Source: Chiloscyllium plagiosum (Eukaryota). Taken from it: a DNA stretch of 50,119 bases. The notes under the pieces were generated by a model that saw nothing but the letters and a program-made list of their open reading frames with translations, was not told the DNA's origin and ran no database searches. Positions 23,031 to 35,614 of the stretch are shown here, in pieces (within the stretch, counting starts at the first letter, position 1; every line of letters begins with the position of its first letter). Location of the stretch: contig NC_057751.1 in the NCBI RefSeq assembly GCF_004010195.1, positions 13,726,267 to 13,776,385 on the forward strand, in the 5' to 3' direction. The position numbers and the translations under genes were made by a program.

Positions 23031-24929
23031 TCTCTGTGGAACAATGGATCCAGTCCAAAGAATCTTGAGTTTAATGACAACAATCAACAGTAATTTGTGT
23101 TTCCGTGGTGCTCTTGACAAAGTGAAACCCCCAAGGCACTATCAAACAGAATTTACATAAGAGAGCAATCCCAAATACTGTTGTGAACAAAGAGTTTTAA
23201 GGATTATTTTGAATCATAAAATCACAGATCCCTACGGTATGGAAGTAGGCTATTCGGCCCATAGAGTCCATGCATGAACTTGGACATATTTGACAGTAGC
23301 CATGTAGACTCTCGGTGTCAACATGCCTGACAGCTGAAATCAAGTGAACCATAACTCCTCTTCAGCCCTCAGAAAGCTGCATTGATCTTCAACAAGCTGC
23401 ACTTCAGCAGAGAAGTTAAAAATGGAATGTGGCGAAGCAGAGGAAGGAATTGTAGAAACATTGGTCACAGAAGTGATGACTCCACTCAGAATTCAGCCAC
23501 GTCTCACTTACTGATCCAAAGTTAGTACCTGACATACTGACTCCTCTCTCGATTCCCAAGTTTTCCTTTCTGTAGACAAGTAGCGAAGACTTTGATAGGG
23601 CCCTTGTGGTTATTGGCCAAGGGTACCTCAGCAGCCAGAAGACCTCTGAGAGCCGCCTTCTCTCACTGAAATCATAGTCTGCACCATGTGGGAGAAGGAA
23701 GGGAAAGACAAGGCTATTGAGACAAAGGTGTCCATTTGGCTGTGTGAGAAAAAGTTTTGTCATCAGGTTTTAGCCAGTTAAATAACCTTTATTAGTTTGT
23801 ACCAGTCTCAGATTGCTTTCTGGGTTGCTGAGTGGTAACTCAACTTTTCAGTTGCTTGTCAATGAACAGAAGTAGTAAATTGATGACAACAGATGTTCAG
23901 TGGTCAGTTGGTTCGCTCCAAGATGCTTTATAACAATGGATTGACAATTTGAAGGGAGGGTGGATAGTGAAAGTGGCTGTTTCTGCTGGTGGTCATGTTC
24001 CTCTGAGATTTAAGGGAGCCAAGGCATATCACACATTGAGCCTCAATTCCTCCAAAATTAACCTTTTACCACCTGTGCTGTGAACTCTCCATTTTGCAGA
24101 GGAAGGTAAGAAAGCAGTTGTGAGCAGTAACAACTTATTGCTGCATTCATCTGGTGAACTCAATGAATTACCATTCTCTTCCAGAAAATGACTTGTCGTC
24201 TGTCTATTATCTACAAAGAATAAGTTACTTTGAAAAATTCTTCTGTCTTGAATGTATTGGCTGGCCTACAACAGTCATGTGACCTCTACCTGTTCTGAAA
24301 CTTGCTTTCAATTTTTGTTTTTTAGCAGCCACTATTTGAAACATAGTCTCAGAAGTCTGTAGCTGAGATTGAGTAAGTAAACTTTCAGAGCTGTAAGAGA
24401 ACTGGCGACTGCATTAAAATAGTAAAGGAAGAACTAAAATCACCGTTTATAACCATGAATCAAAATTAGTGCGAATTTTCAACCACAGCAATAACAGAAG
24501 TTGCTGGAAAAGCTCAGCAGATCTGGCCGCATCTGTGAAGAGAAATCAAAGTTAATGTTTCTGGTCCTATCACCCATCCTTGGAACTGATGGTAGCTTGG
24601 AAAATGTCAGTAATATGAAGCATATTGCAAAGTCAGCCCCGAAGAGCTCTTTCTAACTCATTCTTGAAAATATTGAAAGTTTTCTATTTATGTCAATACA
24701 TGACCCCCCCAATCCCATGCACTTTAATTTTACATGCTTATCTCTTTGTGAGACCTTATCAAAAGCCTTCTGAAAATGCAATTAACCACACTGGATTTGT
24801 GAACAACCAAGCTTTTGCCTAATTTGTCATCAGACCGTGAACTTCTTCACTAGCTCATGGTTCAGGATAAGCAGTCACATTGGGAATGAAATGTAATCCA
24901 GCCAGTGACAGTCATGCCAGACCCAGGAA

Positions 24930-25215
24930 ATTAAAAGCAGTTCTGAAGCCAGAATTAGTAACAGGAATGAGTGACAAAATCAGGATGAAATGACAGAAAG
25001 TCAAGTTTCATCTTGATAAAGCTGCCAAGTCATTGCAAGAGCTCAGCACTGGAGAGCCTGTCCGAGAGAACATATTCAACATTTTCAACATGAGTCAGCC
25101 AAAGTAGCAACTTCTGGGACACATGCAGAGCAAAGCAGTTACTATTCCCAAGTATACACAGTGAAGTAAATGGCCACATATACTATCGCAACATTTCAGA
25201 TATCTGTGTGCAATA
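24930..25215 (+). pseudogene. Ty3/Gypsy integrase C-terminal relic
   Basis: LKPELVTGMSDKIRMK*QKVKFHLDKAAKSLQELSTGEPVR and later EVNGHIYYRN, matching QxxxKxxYDxxxxxLxxLxxGdxV ... YxRN of Gypsy integrase tails. Confidence 0.7.
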
Positions 25216-25467
25216 CAAGAAACTCTGCTTTTATTGTGGGAAATAGATCAGAAAGATATCATTTCATTGCAAGTGTAGAGACTGGGAGTGCAACTGACTA
25301 GAGTTGACAGTTTTTTAACTGAATGAGAAATTTTCTTTGTGACCACGTATGTTGGATAACTTGCATAACAATGCATGCACTGACATTTGTAACTTAATTT
25401 CTTTGGTATTTTTATGAAAATGAGCTATTTAGAGAAATGCAATTGTCCCCTTTAGTATACTCCCTTA

Positions 25468-25890
25468 CCACCCGACGCCTGGAGGAAGAACGCTTCATCT
25501 TCCGCCTCGGAACCCTTCAACCTTAGGGCATCAATGTGGACTTCACCAGTTTCCCCATTTCCCCTCCCCTCCCTCCCCCCCCACCTTATCCCAGTTCCAA
25601 CCTTCTAGTTTAGGACCATCCTCATGATCTGTCCAACCTGTCAATCTTCCTTCCCATCTATCCGCTCCACCCTCCTCTCTGACCTATCACCTTCATCCTC
25701 ACCTCCATCCACCTATTGCACTCTCAGCTACCTTCTCCCCAGGCCCACCCATCCTCCCATTTATCTCTCCCAGTCTAATCCCTGATGAAGGGCTTTGAAA
25801 CGTTGATTTTCCTGTTTTACAGATGCTGCTTTTCCAGCACCACTCTAATCTTGACTCTAATCTCCAGCATCTGCAGCACCCGCGTTTGCC
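25468..25890 (+). mobile_element. PLE 3' fragment, family A
   Basis: TRRLEEERFIFRLGTLQP*GINVDFTSF; hammerhead core at 25782 with stem II half deleted. Confidence 0.9.
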
Positions 25891-27517
25891 TGGTTTGTTT
25901 TAGTCATGTGACCTTTACCTTTGCTGTTAATAACTGTCAGCAATCTATGGCAGTTATTAAAAAACAGCACTTGTGACAAAAAGAGAGTTTTGGAAAGTTG
26001 AACACAACAATGATGTTTCCATGTCAATTTTGCATATCTTGTCATAGTTGTGGTCTTTGAAAGGTGATGTCAAAGGAATCTTAACAATTTTCTGCATTGC
26101 ATCTTATTGATCATTCACGTTGTGTAATTGTTGGATGAGCTACTAAGTAAGTTTCTTTGTTCTGGATCATGTCAAATTTCTTGTATTGGCTTTATTAATT
26201 CAGGCAAATGGAGAGTATTCCAACACATTTCAAGTCAGACAGAATAGAGCTATTGTGCAGTTAGGAGGAGGAGCCATGAGGAAAATTATTGTCTCAGGAA
26301 CAGCCCACAAGCAAAAGACTCCAGCCCACTTCTCAGATGTAGTCTCCTGAAATTCACAGACAATGTTTTGCGAAGGAACATCAAGGGGCAAAGGGGCATC
26401 AAGAAGAATGCAAAAGTTTCCCTTCGCAGTTTTTGTCTTTCTGGCACTGTTGGTTTCTCAACCCAAATCATTTTTCCTTTCTTGCCTCAGTGACTTAGGT
26501 TGATGCTATGGCAACAATGGAAATACGTGCAATGCACTGTTGTGAAGCTCTGCGTAGTACTTCGGTATTCTGTTTAAAAATTCACTTTAAACATCAATGC
26601 CCAAACTACTAATTTGATGAGGATTAGAAAACAATTACTGTTGTGCAGCAGAAGATAAATTTGAGTTGAATAAATAGGCGAATTACATCAACCCTCAAAA
26701 GGTGCATCTCCTATTTTTTTTTCTCACAAGGATTTTGAAAGATTTATTTACAATACATGGAGCATCAGATTATTGAGCCAATGCACCTTGCCTGTAATAA
26801 AGAGATTGTCATCACTCCCTTCTTTATTCCAAGTGCAGCAAATTGTAAATGACCATTTACAAACAGAAACATATCGAAAGCACTTCAGAAACATTCTGTG
26901 AGATTCTGTTTTTCTATCCTTCAGCACCTGACACTTCCATGTAATCAAATAATAGTTCTTCCTTTTTCCTTTGAATTACATATTCGTCTTTACTATTTTC
27001 AAAACAAATCTTTCTATTAGTTAGAAACTTGCATTTTTCTGTTAGCAGCTTTTTTCAGTTTCGTGGTCATAGATGGTGTAGCAACTTCAATGAGAAGCAG
27101 TGCACTTGTAACATGCGCATTTTCTTGTTTTGGCATCACTGTTCTCAAGAGGGAAAAAATAAGGATGTTATCCCCAGAGAGAATGGAAGAGGATAAGAGA
27201 ACAAAGACACTCAAACTACTCACTGCTTTCTTTCCCTGTGTCTGTCCTGGCCTAGCCAAGAAATCGAAATCAGTGAAAGCAAGTGAATGGAAGATAGAGT
27301 AGATCCAACCCTTTCAAAGATTGGGTTACCAGTGAATCAAGAACTGCAATCTATTCTCAAGGCCCCAAGTTTACTATTGCAGCCACCAGACATGCTTGAG
27401 AATGTATCAGTCCTCAGTTTTCTCCTCCATACCAATGCATAAGCACCTCGCAAAACATGTCCAGCAGCCAAAAACAGGTACATTTTTATCTCTGTCTCTT
27501 TCTCAGTTTTTTTGTTC

Positions 27518-27940
27518 ATGTTTATTTGGAAGCACTAGCTTTCAGAACACTGTTCCTTCATCAGGTGGTTGTGGAGTATAAGATTGTAAGACATGGAAAT
27601 TATATCAAAAGTTTACAGAGTGCTAAAACTGAAATTATGTCTTGAAAAAGACCTGGATTGTTTGTTAAATCTCTCATCTTTTAGAATGAACATGTTGGTT
27701 TCAGTTCTTTTGTATATAAATCACAGAACTGTTTTAAAGTTGCATTCTCAAGTGAACTTAAACAATTGGTATCATGTCGGCCCAGATAATGCATTTAAGG
27801 TGTGAGGTGCCCTGTGTGAGTGAGACTGTCACACTATAGGTGACCCCACTGTACTACAAACACACACACACACAGATGCACGCACATCCACACTCCTACA
27901 GACGCACCCATTCACGCAGACCCTCCCTCATACACAAGCT
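27518..27940 (-). mobile_element. PLE 3' UTR/terminus, family B
   Basis: Terminus matches 7612-7706 and 13958-14143 and continues into an AT-rich then CA-rich stretch; the distal boundary is uncertain. Confidence 0.65.
27536..27564 (-). ncRNA. Minimal hammerhead core, family B
   Basis: CAC-CUGAUGA-A-GGAAC(AGU)GUUCU-GAAA-GC-UA-GUG: stems I and II and a palindromic AGCU stem III are all present. Confidence 0.72.
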
Positions 27941-27942
27941 CT

Positions 27943-28692
27943 TTTTCAGACTGGAGGCCTGTGGCCAGTGGAGTGTCACAAGGATCAGTACTGTGTCCAC
28001 TACTTTTCATCATTTATATAAATTATTTGAATGTGATCATAAGAGGTATAGTTAGTAAGTTTGCAGATGACACCAAAATTGGAGGTGTAGTTGACAGCGA
28101 AAGAGGTTACCTCTGATTACAATGGGATCGTGATCAGATGGGCCAATAGGCTGAGGAGTGGCAGATGGAGTTTAACTTAGATAAATGTGAGGTGCTTCAT
28201 TTTGGGAAAGCAAATCTTAGCAGGACTTATACACTTAATGGTAAGGTCCGAGGGAGTGTTGCTGAACAAACAGACCTTGGAGTGCAGGTTCATAGCTCCT
28301 TGAAAGTGGAGTCGCAGGTAGATAGGATAGTGATGAAGGCATTTAGTATGCTTTCCTTTATTGGTCAGAGTATTGAGTACAGGAGTTGGGAGGTCATGTT
28401 GTGGCTGTACAGGACATTGGTTAGGCTGCTGTTGGAATATTGCTTGCAATTCTGGTCTCCTTCCTATCGGAAAGGTGTTGTGAAACTTGAAAGGGTTCAG
28501 AAAAGATTTACAGGGATGTTGCCAGGGTTGGAGGATTTGAGTTATCGGGAGAGGTTGGATAGGCTGGGGCCGTTTTCCCTGGAGTGATGGAGGCTGAGGG
28601 GTGACCTTAAAGAGGTTTATAAAATCATGGGCATGGATAGGATAAATAGACAAAGTCTTTTCCCTGGGGTGGGGGAGTCCAGAACTAAAGGG
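27943..28692 (+). mobile_element. CR1/HER1 RT fragment lacking its 3' tail
   Basis: FSDWRPV...KFADDTKIGG...MEFNLDKCEVLHFGK...LERVQKRFTGML...ESRTKG, with stops and frameshifts. Confidence 0.95.
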
Positions 28693-31410
28693 TATCAGTC
28701 CTGCTAAGATTTGCTTTTCCAAAATGCAGCACCTCACTTTTATCTGAATTAAACTCCATCTGCCACTCCTCAGCCCATTGGCCCATCTGATCAATACTCC
28801 GTTGTACTCCAAGGTAATCATTTTCACTGTCCACTACACCTCCAATTTTGATGTCATCTGCAAACTTACAAACTGTACCTCCTATGTTCACATCCAAATC
28901 ATTTATATAAATAATGAAAAGTAGTGGACCCAATACTAATCCTTGGCACTTCACTGGTCACAGGCCTCCAGTCTGAAAAGCAACCCTCCACCACCACCCT
29001 CTGTCTTCTACCTTTGAGCCAGTTCTGTATCCAAATGGCTAGTTCTCCCTGTATTCCTTGAGATCTAACCTTGCTAACCAGTCTCCCATGGGGAACCTTG
29101 TTGAACGCCTTACTGAAGTCCATATAAATCATGTCCACAAGCGCTGCCCTGATCAATCCTCTTCATTACTTCAAAAACTTCAATCAAGTTTGTGAGCCAT
29201 GATTTCCCACGCACAAAGCCATGTTGACTATCCCTAATCAGTCCTTGCCTTTCCAAATACATGTAAATCCTGTCCACAGGATTCCCTGGAACAACTTGCC
29301 CACCACCGACATCAGGCTCATTGATCCATAGTTCCCTGGCTTTTCCTTACCACGTTTTTAAAACAGTGGCACCACGTTAGCCAATCTTCAGTCTTCTGGC
29401 ATCTCACCTGTGACTATCCATGATACAAATATCTCAGCAAGGGGCCGAGTAATCACTTCCTTAGCTTCCCACAGAGTTCTCGGGTACACCTGATCAGGTC
29501 CTGGGGATTTATCCACGTTTATGCATTTTATGAATCCAGCACAATACTTCTGTAATATGGACATTTTTCAAGATGTCACCATCTATTTCCCTATATTCTG
29601 TATCTTCCATGTCCTTCTCCACAGTAAACACTGAAGCAAAATACTTGTTAGTATCTCCCCCTCTCCTCTGGCTCCACACAAAGGCTGCCTTGTTGATCTT
29701 TGAGGGGTCCTATTCTCTCCCTAGTTACTCTTTTGTCCTGAATAAATCCGTTTGGATTCTCCTTAACCCTGTTTGTCAAAGTTATCTCATGTCCCCTTTT
29801 TGCCCTCCTGAATTCCCTCTTAAGTATACTCCTACTGCCTTTATACTCTTGCAAGGATTCACTCGATCTCTGCTGTCTGTACCTGACATTTGCTTCCTCC
29901 TTGTTCTTGACTAAAACCTCAATTTGTCTCGTCATTCAGTGTGCCCTACACCTACCAGCCTTACCTTTTGCCCTAACAGGAACATACTGTCTCTGGACTC
30001 GCATTATCTCATTTTTGAAGGCTTCCCTTTACCTGCAAGCATTAGCACCGTGTCAACTTTTGAAAGTTCTTGGCTAATACCGTCAAATTGTCCTTCCTCC
30101 AAGTTAGAACTTAAACCAGTCTATCCTTTCCCATCACTATTTTAAAACTAATAGAATTATGGTTGCTGGCCCCAAAATGCACCCCCACTAACATCTCAGT
30201 TACTTGCCCTGCTTTATTTAGAGTCATGAGTCCTACAGCACAGAGACAGGCCCTTTGGCCCAAACTGGTTCATGTTGACCAAAGGCATAGTCCGACAGTG
30301 ACCAAAATGTCCATCCACACTAACCCCATTTCCCTGCATTGGCCCATATCCTTCTAATCCTTTCTGATCTATGCCTTTTAAATGTTGTTAATGTCCCTGC
30401 CTCAACCACTTTTGCTGGCAGCTCATTCCATATGCATACCACCCTCTGTAAAAAAAAAAAAAATGTTGCCCCTCAAGTTTCCTTTTGTTCTTTCCCCTCT
30501 AACCTTAAACTGATGCCCTCTAGTCCTTAATTTCTCAACTCTGGGAAAAAGACTGAGTGCACTCATCCTATCCATTCCACTCATGATCTTCTATACTACT
30601 GTAAGATCTCCCCTCGGTCTTCTACGCTCTAAACAAAAACATCCCAGCTTGTCCAACCTCTCCCTATAACTCATTGAGTCCAGGCAACATCCTTGGAAAT
30701 TTCTTTGCACTCTTTCCAGTTTAATAACATCCTTCCTATTGGCAAGGCAACCAGCACTGAACGCAATACTGCAAGTGCAGCCTCACCAATGTCCTGTACA
30801 ACTGCAACAAAACTTCCCAACTTCTCTACTCAGTGTTCTGACTGAAGGCCAGTGTGCTAAAAGCCTTCTTCACTGCCCTGTCTATCTGTGACTCCACTTT
30901 CAGAGAACTGTGCACCTGAACTCCCAGATCCCTCTGTTCCACTACCTTACCATTCACAATGAAACTCTGCCTTGATTTGACTTTCCAAAAGTAAGACCTC
31001 ACACCTATCCATATTAAACTCCATTTGCCATTTCTGGGCCCATTTTCCCAACTGATCAAGATCCTGCTACAACTTCTGATAAGCTTCCTCACTGTCCATG
31101 ATACCGCCTATTTTAGTGTCATTTCCAAAGAAGGGGTCAAGTTTTGCAACTTCTCTCGACGGTGCATCCACATACTGAATCAGAAAATTTTCTTGTACAC
31201 ACTTAACAAATTCCTCTCCATCGAGACCCTTAACACTATGGCAGTTCCAGTCTTTGTTTGGAAAGTTAAAATCCCATAACCACCCCATTATTCTTAAAAA
31301 TTTGTTTCTGAATTTCCCTCTGACTACTGGGGTGTCCAGAGTACAGTCCCAATAATGTGATCATCCCTTTATTATTTCTCAGTTCCACCTAAATAACCTT
31401 CCTGGGCATA
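28693..31410 (-). mobile_element. CR1/HER1 ORF2 fragment (endonuclease to RT), interrupted by a nested CR1
   Basis: DFNFPNKDW...QYVDAPSREVAKLD, VDMIYMDFSKAFNKVPHGRL, VLGPLLFIIYINDL, KFADDIKIGG. Confidence 0.95.
30220..31120 (-). mobile_element. Nested 5'-truncated CR1 with 3' tail
   Basis: 3' tail at 30220-30290 and RT DTKIGGIMDSEE at ~31085-31120. The host frame LDPFFGN|KAGQVTE resumes across it, and ATTT occurs at both junctions. Confidence 0.88.
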
Positions 31411-34400
31411 GTGTACACTGCCATAGTTCACATCACTGGAATGGCTCAGAAGTGACAGAAAATAATTGTGTTTGCATCGTACCAGGAAAATCCATTGTTT
31501 CAAAAAACACACTTTGGTTCTAAACTTGGTGTTGCATAAAAACCATTTTCTGTTCTCACTTATCTCTTCACCTGTGGATTGAATTATGTAATTTGATCAT
31601 GATTCACTTTTTTCAAAACAGTTATGGATTTCTTTTTTCTTCTGAATGCCCTTAATCACCAGTTTTTCACTGTGGGACTATGCCTTTGGTGCCCTCTGTT
31701 CAAAATTCCTTCTCAAGGCCAACAAGAGATGGACAATAAATTCTGGCTCATACGGCCAAGACTACATCACCTGGATAAGTAAATAAAACACTGTCCCACC
31801 ACTGTTTTGGGTCTCCTGCCTCAGTTGCCACATCCATTCCTAGCAGAAGAAATCTATGGCTGAGCAATCAGTAAACATGAGCAGCAGGCTCTTCTTATTC
31901 TATTCAACTCCTCAAAGAAGGAGTCACTGCTGCTGCTGGTAATACAGTTAGGGTTTCACTACAGCCTATTGTGGAGCTTAGGCAGCTCTTGGTCACATTC
32001 ACTAACTGTGGAAAGTTTTTCTCATTTTTGTTTGCTTACTTATAACATAGATCCCTGTGTTTTAATTAGGTGGTGAGATGCAGGACACAGGATTGGAATG
32101 GTCTCAGCAGTGCTCTGTGAGGTGTAACATTAATAATAAATAAGAACAAAGGAGATTGCAAACACCAGATTGAATCCATCTGATCATCTTGGTTTTCTTG
32201 TGTTACTACCCATGCCCTTGTCGTTGTTCCAGGAAGGTTCTGGAAATTTGGGTGACAGCAAGCTTATTACATAATCGTAGAAGGATGAAGGCCTGACAGG
32301 GCACTTCGTCATTGTCCCCCATCTGTCTGACAACACACTTCAATAACTTTGCCTTCAGCCACTAGGACCACTGATGCAGCTCCCAACCTGCTTCTAAATG
32401 TGACTTAAAGACAGTGATCTTTGAAAACTTGTTGATACTCTTGAATCAAGCTTGGAAACTGAATTGTTAGAGATCACTTAATCACATTAAGAAATGTACA
32501 ACAACGAATGGGAAAAGCATTAGTCTGTTGCAATTCTACCCTTGGGATCATTCATGCATCTTAAAGAATTCTTAACCTGTCTTATCAGAGGATTCCATTT
32601 ACACTTACCATTTACTGCCACGAATTTGCCCGTTTAAAAGGTCCACTTGCTCCACAATTTAGCAGTTTTCTGAACTTGGCTGAATGTAAAAATGGAGACC
32701 CAAGAGTATTTGCGCTTCACATTCAAGCCTGTTGTCTCAACAAACTGACTATCTGCTGAAGGTGAAGCTGAAGATAAATAAATCTTTATTCAAGAGTAGG
32801 AGCCACATGAGATAATGATGGTTTGAAATGTAAAACTCTTTAAATTGCAACAAATGTCGGAACCAGAAACAGGAGACCGTCTCTTTTCAATAGCTCACTC
32901 ACTCCTTTTAAAAAGCCATAGCGAACCATCTATGCATCAGTATCCGATTCGAGCTAGACTGGGATGAATGGGGAACTGAACAAAGACTTCCTGTGTATTA
33001 TTTGTTTACGGTCTGCTGCATTTAGTTGTGATACCGAGACACCGCTATCATCCCAATATCAGACCATGAGATGACACTGCACCATTACACAAAACAGAGC
33101 AAATAAAAATGTAAGGTGGGAACAAGAGGTCTCCTTGAAAAAGTTAAACAATTGATTCAGACAGTGTTTGGCTTGGGATACAATTGCCTGTAACACTAAA
33201 CAACATGTGCCTCTCTGCCACCAAACATGATTTACTGAGACCACAGTAAGGAAGGGATCAAGCCTGTCAAATGCGAGACAGATGGAATGTAATTTCAACC
33301 TTTTGTTTTTGCTTGACATAGTTGATGCTTCAGACATGCTGCAAATTTTTAAACCGGTCGTACAGGACCTATTTGCTAATTGTAACTTTCAAACAGCAAC
33401 TGTCACATTTGGGTGTGAAAATAATTCATTGTCTACGTTTCCACTGAGACTCTGTTTCTCTCCAGGGTCTCCTGTGCATCGTAAGCAAGAAATGTATCCT
33501 GTCCAAATCACTGGCAGCACCAACAGCCACTTGTTTTAGGTTTGTTTCTATTTTGGTGTACGGGGGTTGATGTCGGGAGAAATTTTAAACTAAAAGGAGT
33601 GATCATGATTTTAGTGTGGGAGAAAGGAACATTTCTAATTCTTTACAGCCAGAATGCATTCAAGAAAAAGCTTAGGTCAAACACAGGTAAAAATGTTATT
33701 GTTTTGTCTGAATAAGCAGTATGAATTTGGGAACAGTATTGGAGAGAAACTGAAAATACTCTCAACAGTGGATCTTAGACTGGTAGGACTGGATGTAGTT
33801 GTTCAAACATTGTCCTTTCACTCACTGAATTTAGGTGTGAATGAGCTCAGCATCTTTCCCATTGGCTAAAATGAAATGGTTACAGAAGTCATCTGAATCC
33901 ATACTTCCTGTGTGTACAGAACTCTTCAAGAGCAAAGACTGAGAAACCCTGATCAGCAAGCATGATCATCTATGGTGACCCATTTTAAACTTAGTCAAAC
34001 CTTTATTTGATCATAAATAAATCAATTTACTTTTGGGGAATCACAAAAGGCATTATTATGGCGAAGAAGCAGTTGCAGAAATTAATGCATTTTGTGATGA
34101 GCATAAATTTAGCAAATTGGCCTTATTACTGGGGAAAAAAAAGTGTAATAGAGTATAAGGCTCCATTATGCTGAGCTCAGAGAAATATGTGATTGCAATG
34201 AATGCAGATTATTTGCTTTCAAGCATTGAGGACGTCCATTCACATTTAAGGAATCAAGAATTATTGTTCTCTGATGAGAAACAGGACATTGTGCCAAAAT
34301 GGCAGTGAACACTATCAATTGGTATCCATAAAAATAAACAGAAATTCACTGGGCCAACAATTATAGATGGGACATTCAGTCCTGATCTGTTTGATATTTT

Positions 34401-35183
34401 ACAATTCAAATTATCCACTCGATTTTTACTTGCAATCACAATATTCTGCATGGAGCACAATAGGGATAACTGATCTATTGGAAGTGCTCTGCCAAGCAAA
34501 AGAGCTGGGTCAAAGTTGAATTCATATGGTTTGGCTGGATAGATGGTCTTCAGTTTTGATGAGAAGTAGTTGAACACATTACAAGTTTCTCAATGGACAT
34601 CTCAATTTGCTCTTCTCCATTCACTGTAACCTGAGTGACAATGACAAATTAGGAGAAAGTTTTACAGTTCTCTGCTGTGCTCATCACTTTACATTTGTGT
34701 AAAAGAAACAACACGAGACATCTATAAGTTTTCCTCGAAGATTCCACGGGGCAGCATTCTGTCAAACAGATCAGATAGTGCAACTGAGCATTGTATTCCC
34801 TGTCTGTGTTCAAATCACAGCTGAATTATCTCCACTAATCTGGTTCCTTGGAATTATTTAATCATTTTGCAAAATCAGGAATGACTATCCTTTAGAAAGT
34901 TCATTGTTATGATCAATGTGGTGTCACTGCTCTGAGTGGGGATTATGAAAGAGAAAAATATTAGTGTGAGCTGCAGCTGAAATAGAGAGAAAACTGATGC
35001 AGGAGCGGTCATGCCTGTTAATTTAGTTGGTTTCACATAAACCATGGTTATGTTTTGAACAAATGTTCACCTGAGTGTAGGTTTTGAGGAACCCGGATGC
35101 TAAATGTTAACTCTGATTTCTGTTCACAGATGCTGCCAGACCTGCTGAACTTTTTCAGCAATTTCTGTTTCTGTCACTGAGTA

Positions 35184-35401
35184 CAGTCTATTCGGATATA
35201 ACACGATAGTTCATTTCTGTACGATCCACATTATAAGAAAATCACGTAATAGCAGCACCATTTAAACTAACGGGACTGGAATTGCGTTATAGCCAATACA
35301 GGTAAGGGAAGTTTACATTCTCCAAATAATGGTCTAAATTCTTCAATTGTGTTATAGCTAATTCGTGTTGAAAAAAATGCACATTATAGCAGAACCGACT
35401 G
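35184..35401. mobile_element. Tigger-like MITE
   Basis: TA-CAGTCTATTCGGATATAA vs TTATAGCAGAACCGACTG (imperfect TIR); right flank is GA rather than TA. Confidence 0.72.
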
Positions 35402-35433
35402 GATAGGAGTTGGGACGTTATGTTGCAGCTGTA

Positions 35434-35609
35434 CAGAGGAACCTTGATTATCCAAATGAGTCGGGCGGGCTGTATTTTGTTCGGATAATCGAATGTTCGG
35501 ATAATCAGATGCTGGATAACACAGTTTAGCCAAGCATTGGGACCTTGCAATCCTTTTCAGATAATCTGAAATTCGGATAATCGATGTTCAGAAAATCAAG
35601 GTTCCTCTG
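35434..35609. mobile_element. 176-bp Tigger-like MITE
   Basis: 16-bp TIR CAGAGGAACCTTGATT / AATCAAGGTTCCTCTG, TA on both sides, and internal TTCGGATAATC repeats. Confidence 0.92.
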
Positions 35610-35614
35610 TACTG

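Noticed and set aside
24326..24372. Strong acceptor and donor pair
   Set aside because: Stop codons in all three frames. It shows that splice-like pairs arise by chance here, which tempers the microexon candidates.
28177..28827. 216-aa ORF (and the 222-aa ORF at 41340-42008)
   Set aside because: Antisense or alternative-frame readings of CR1 and PLE sequence.
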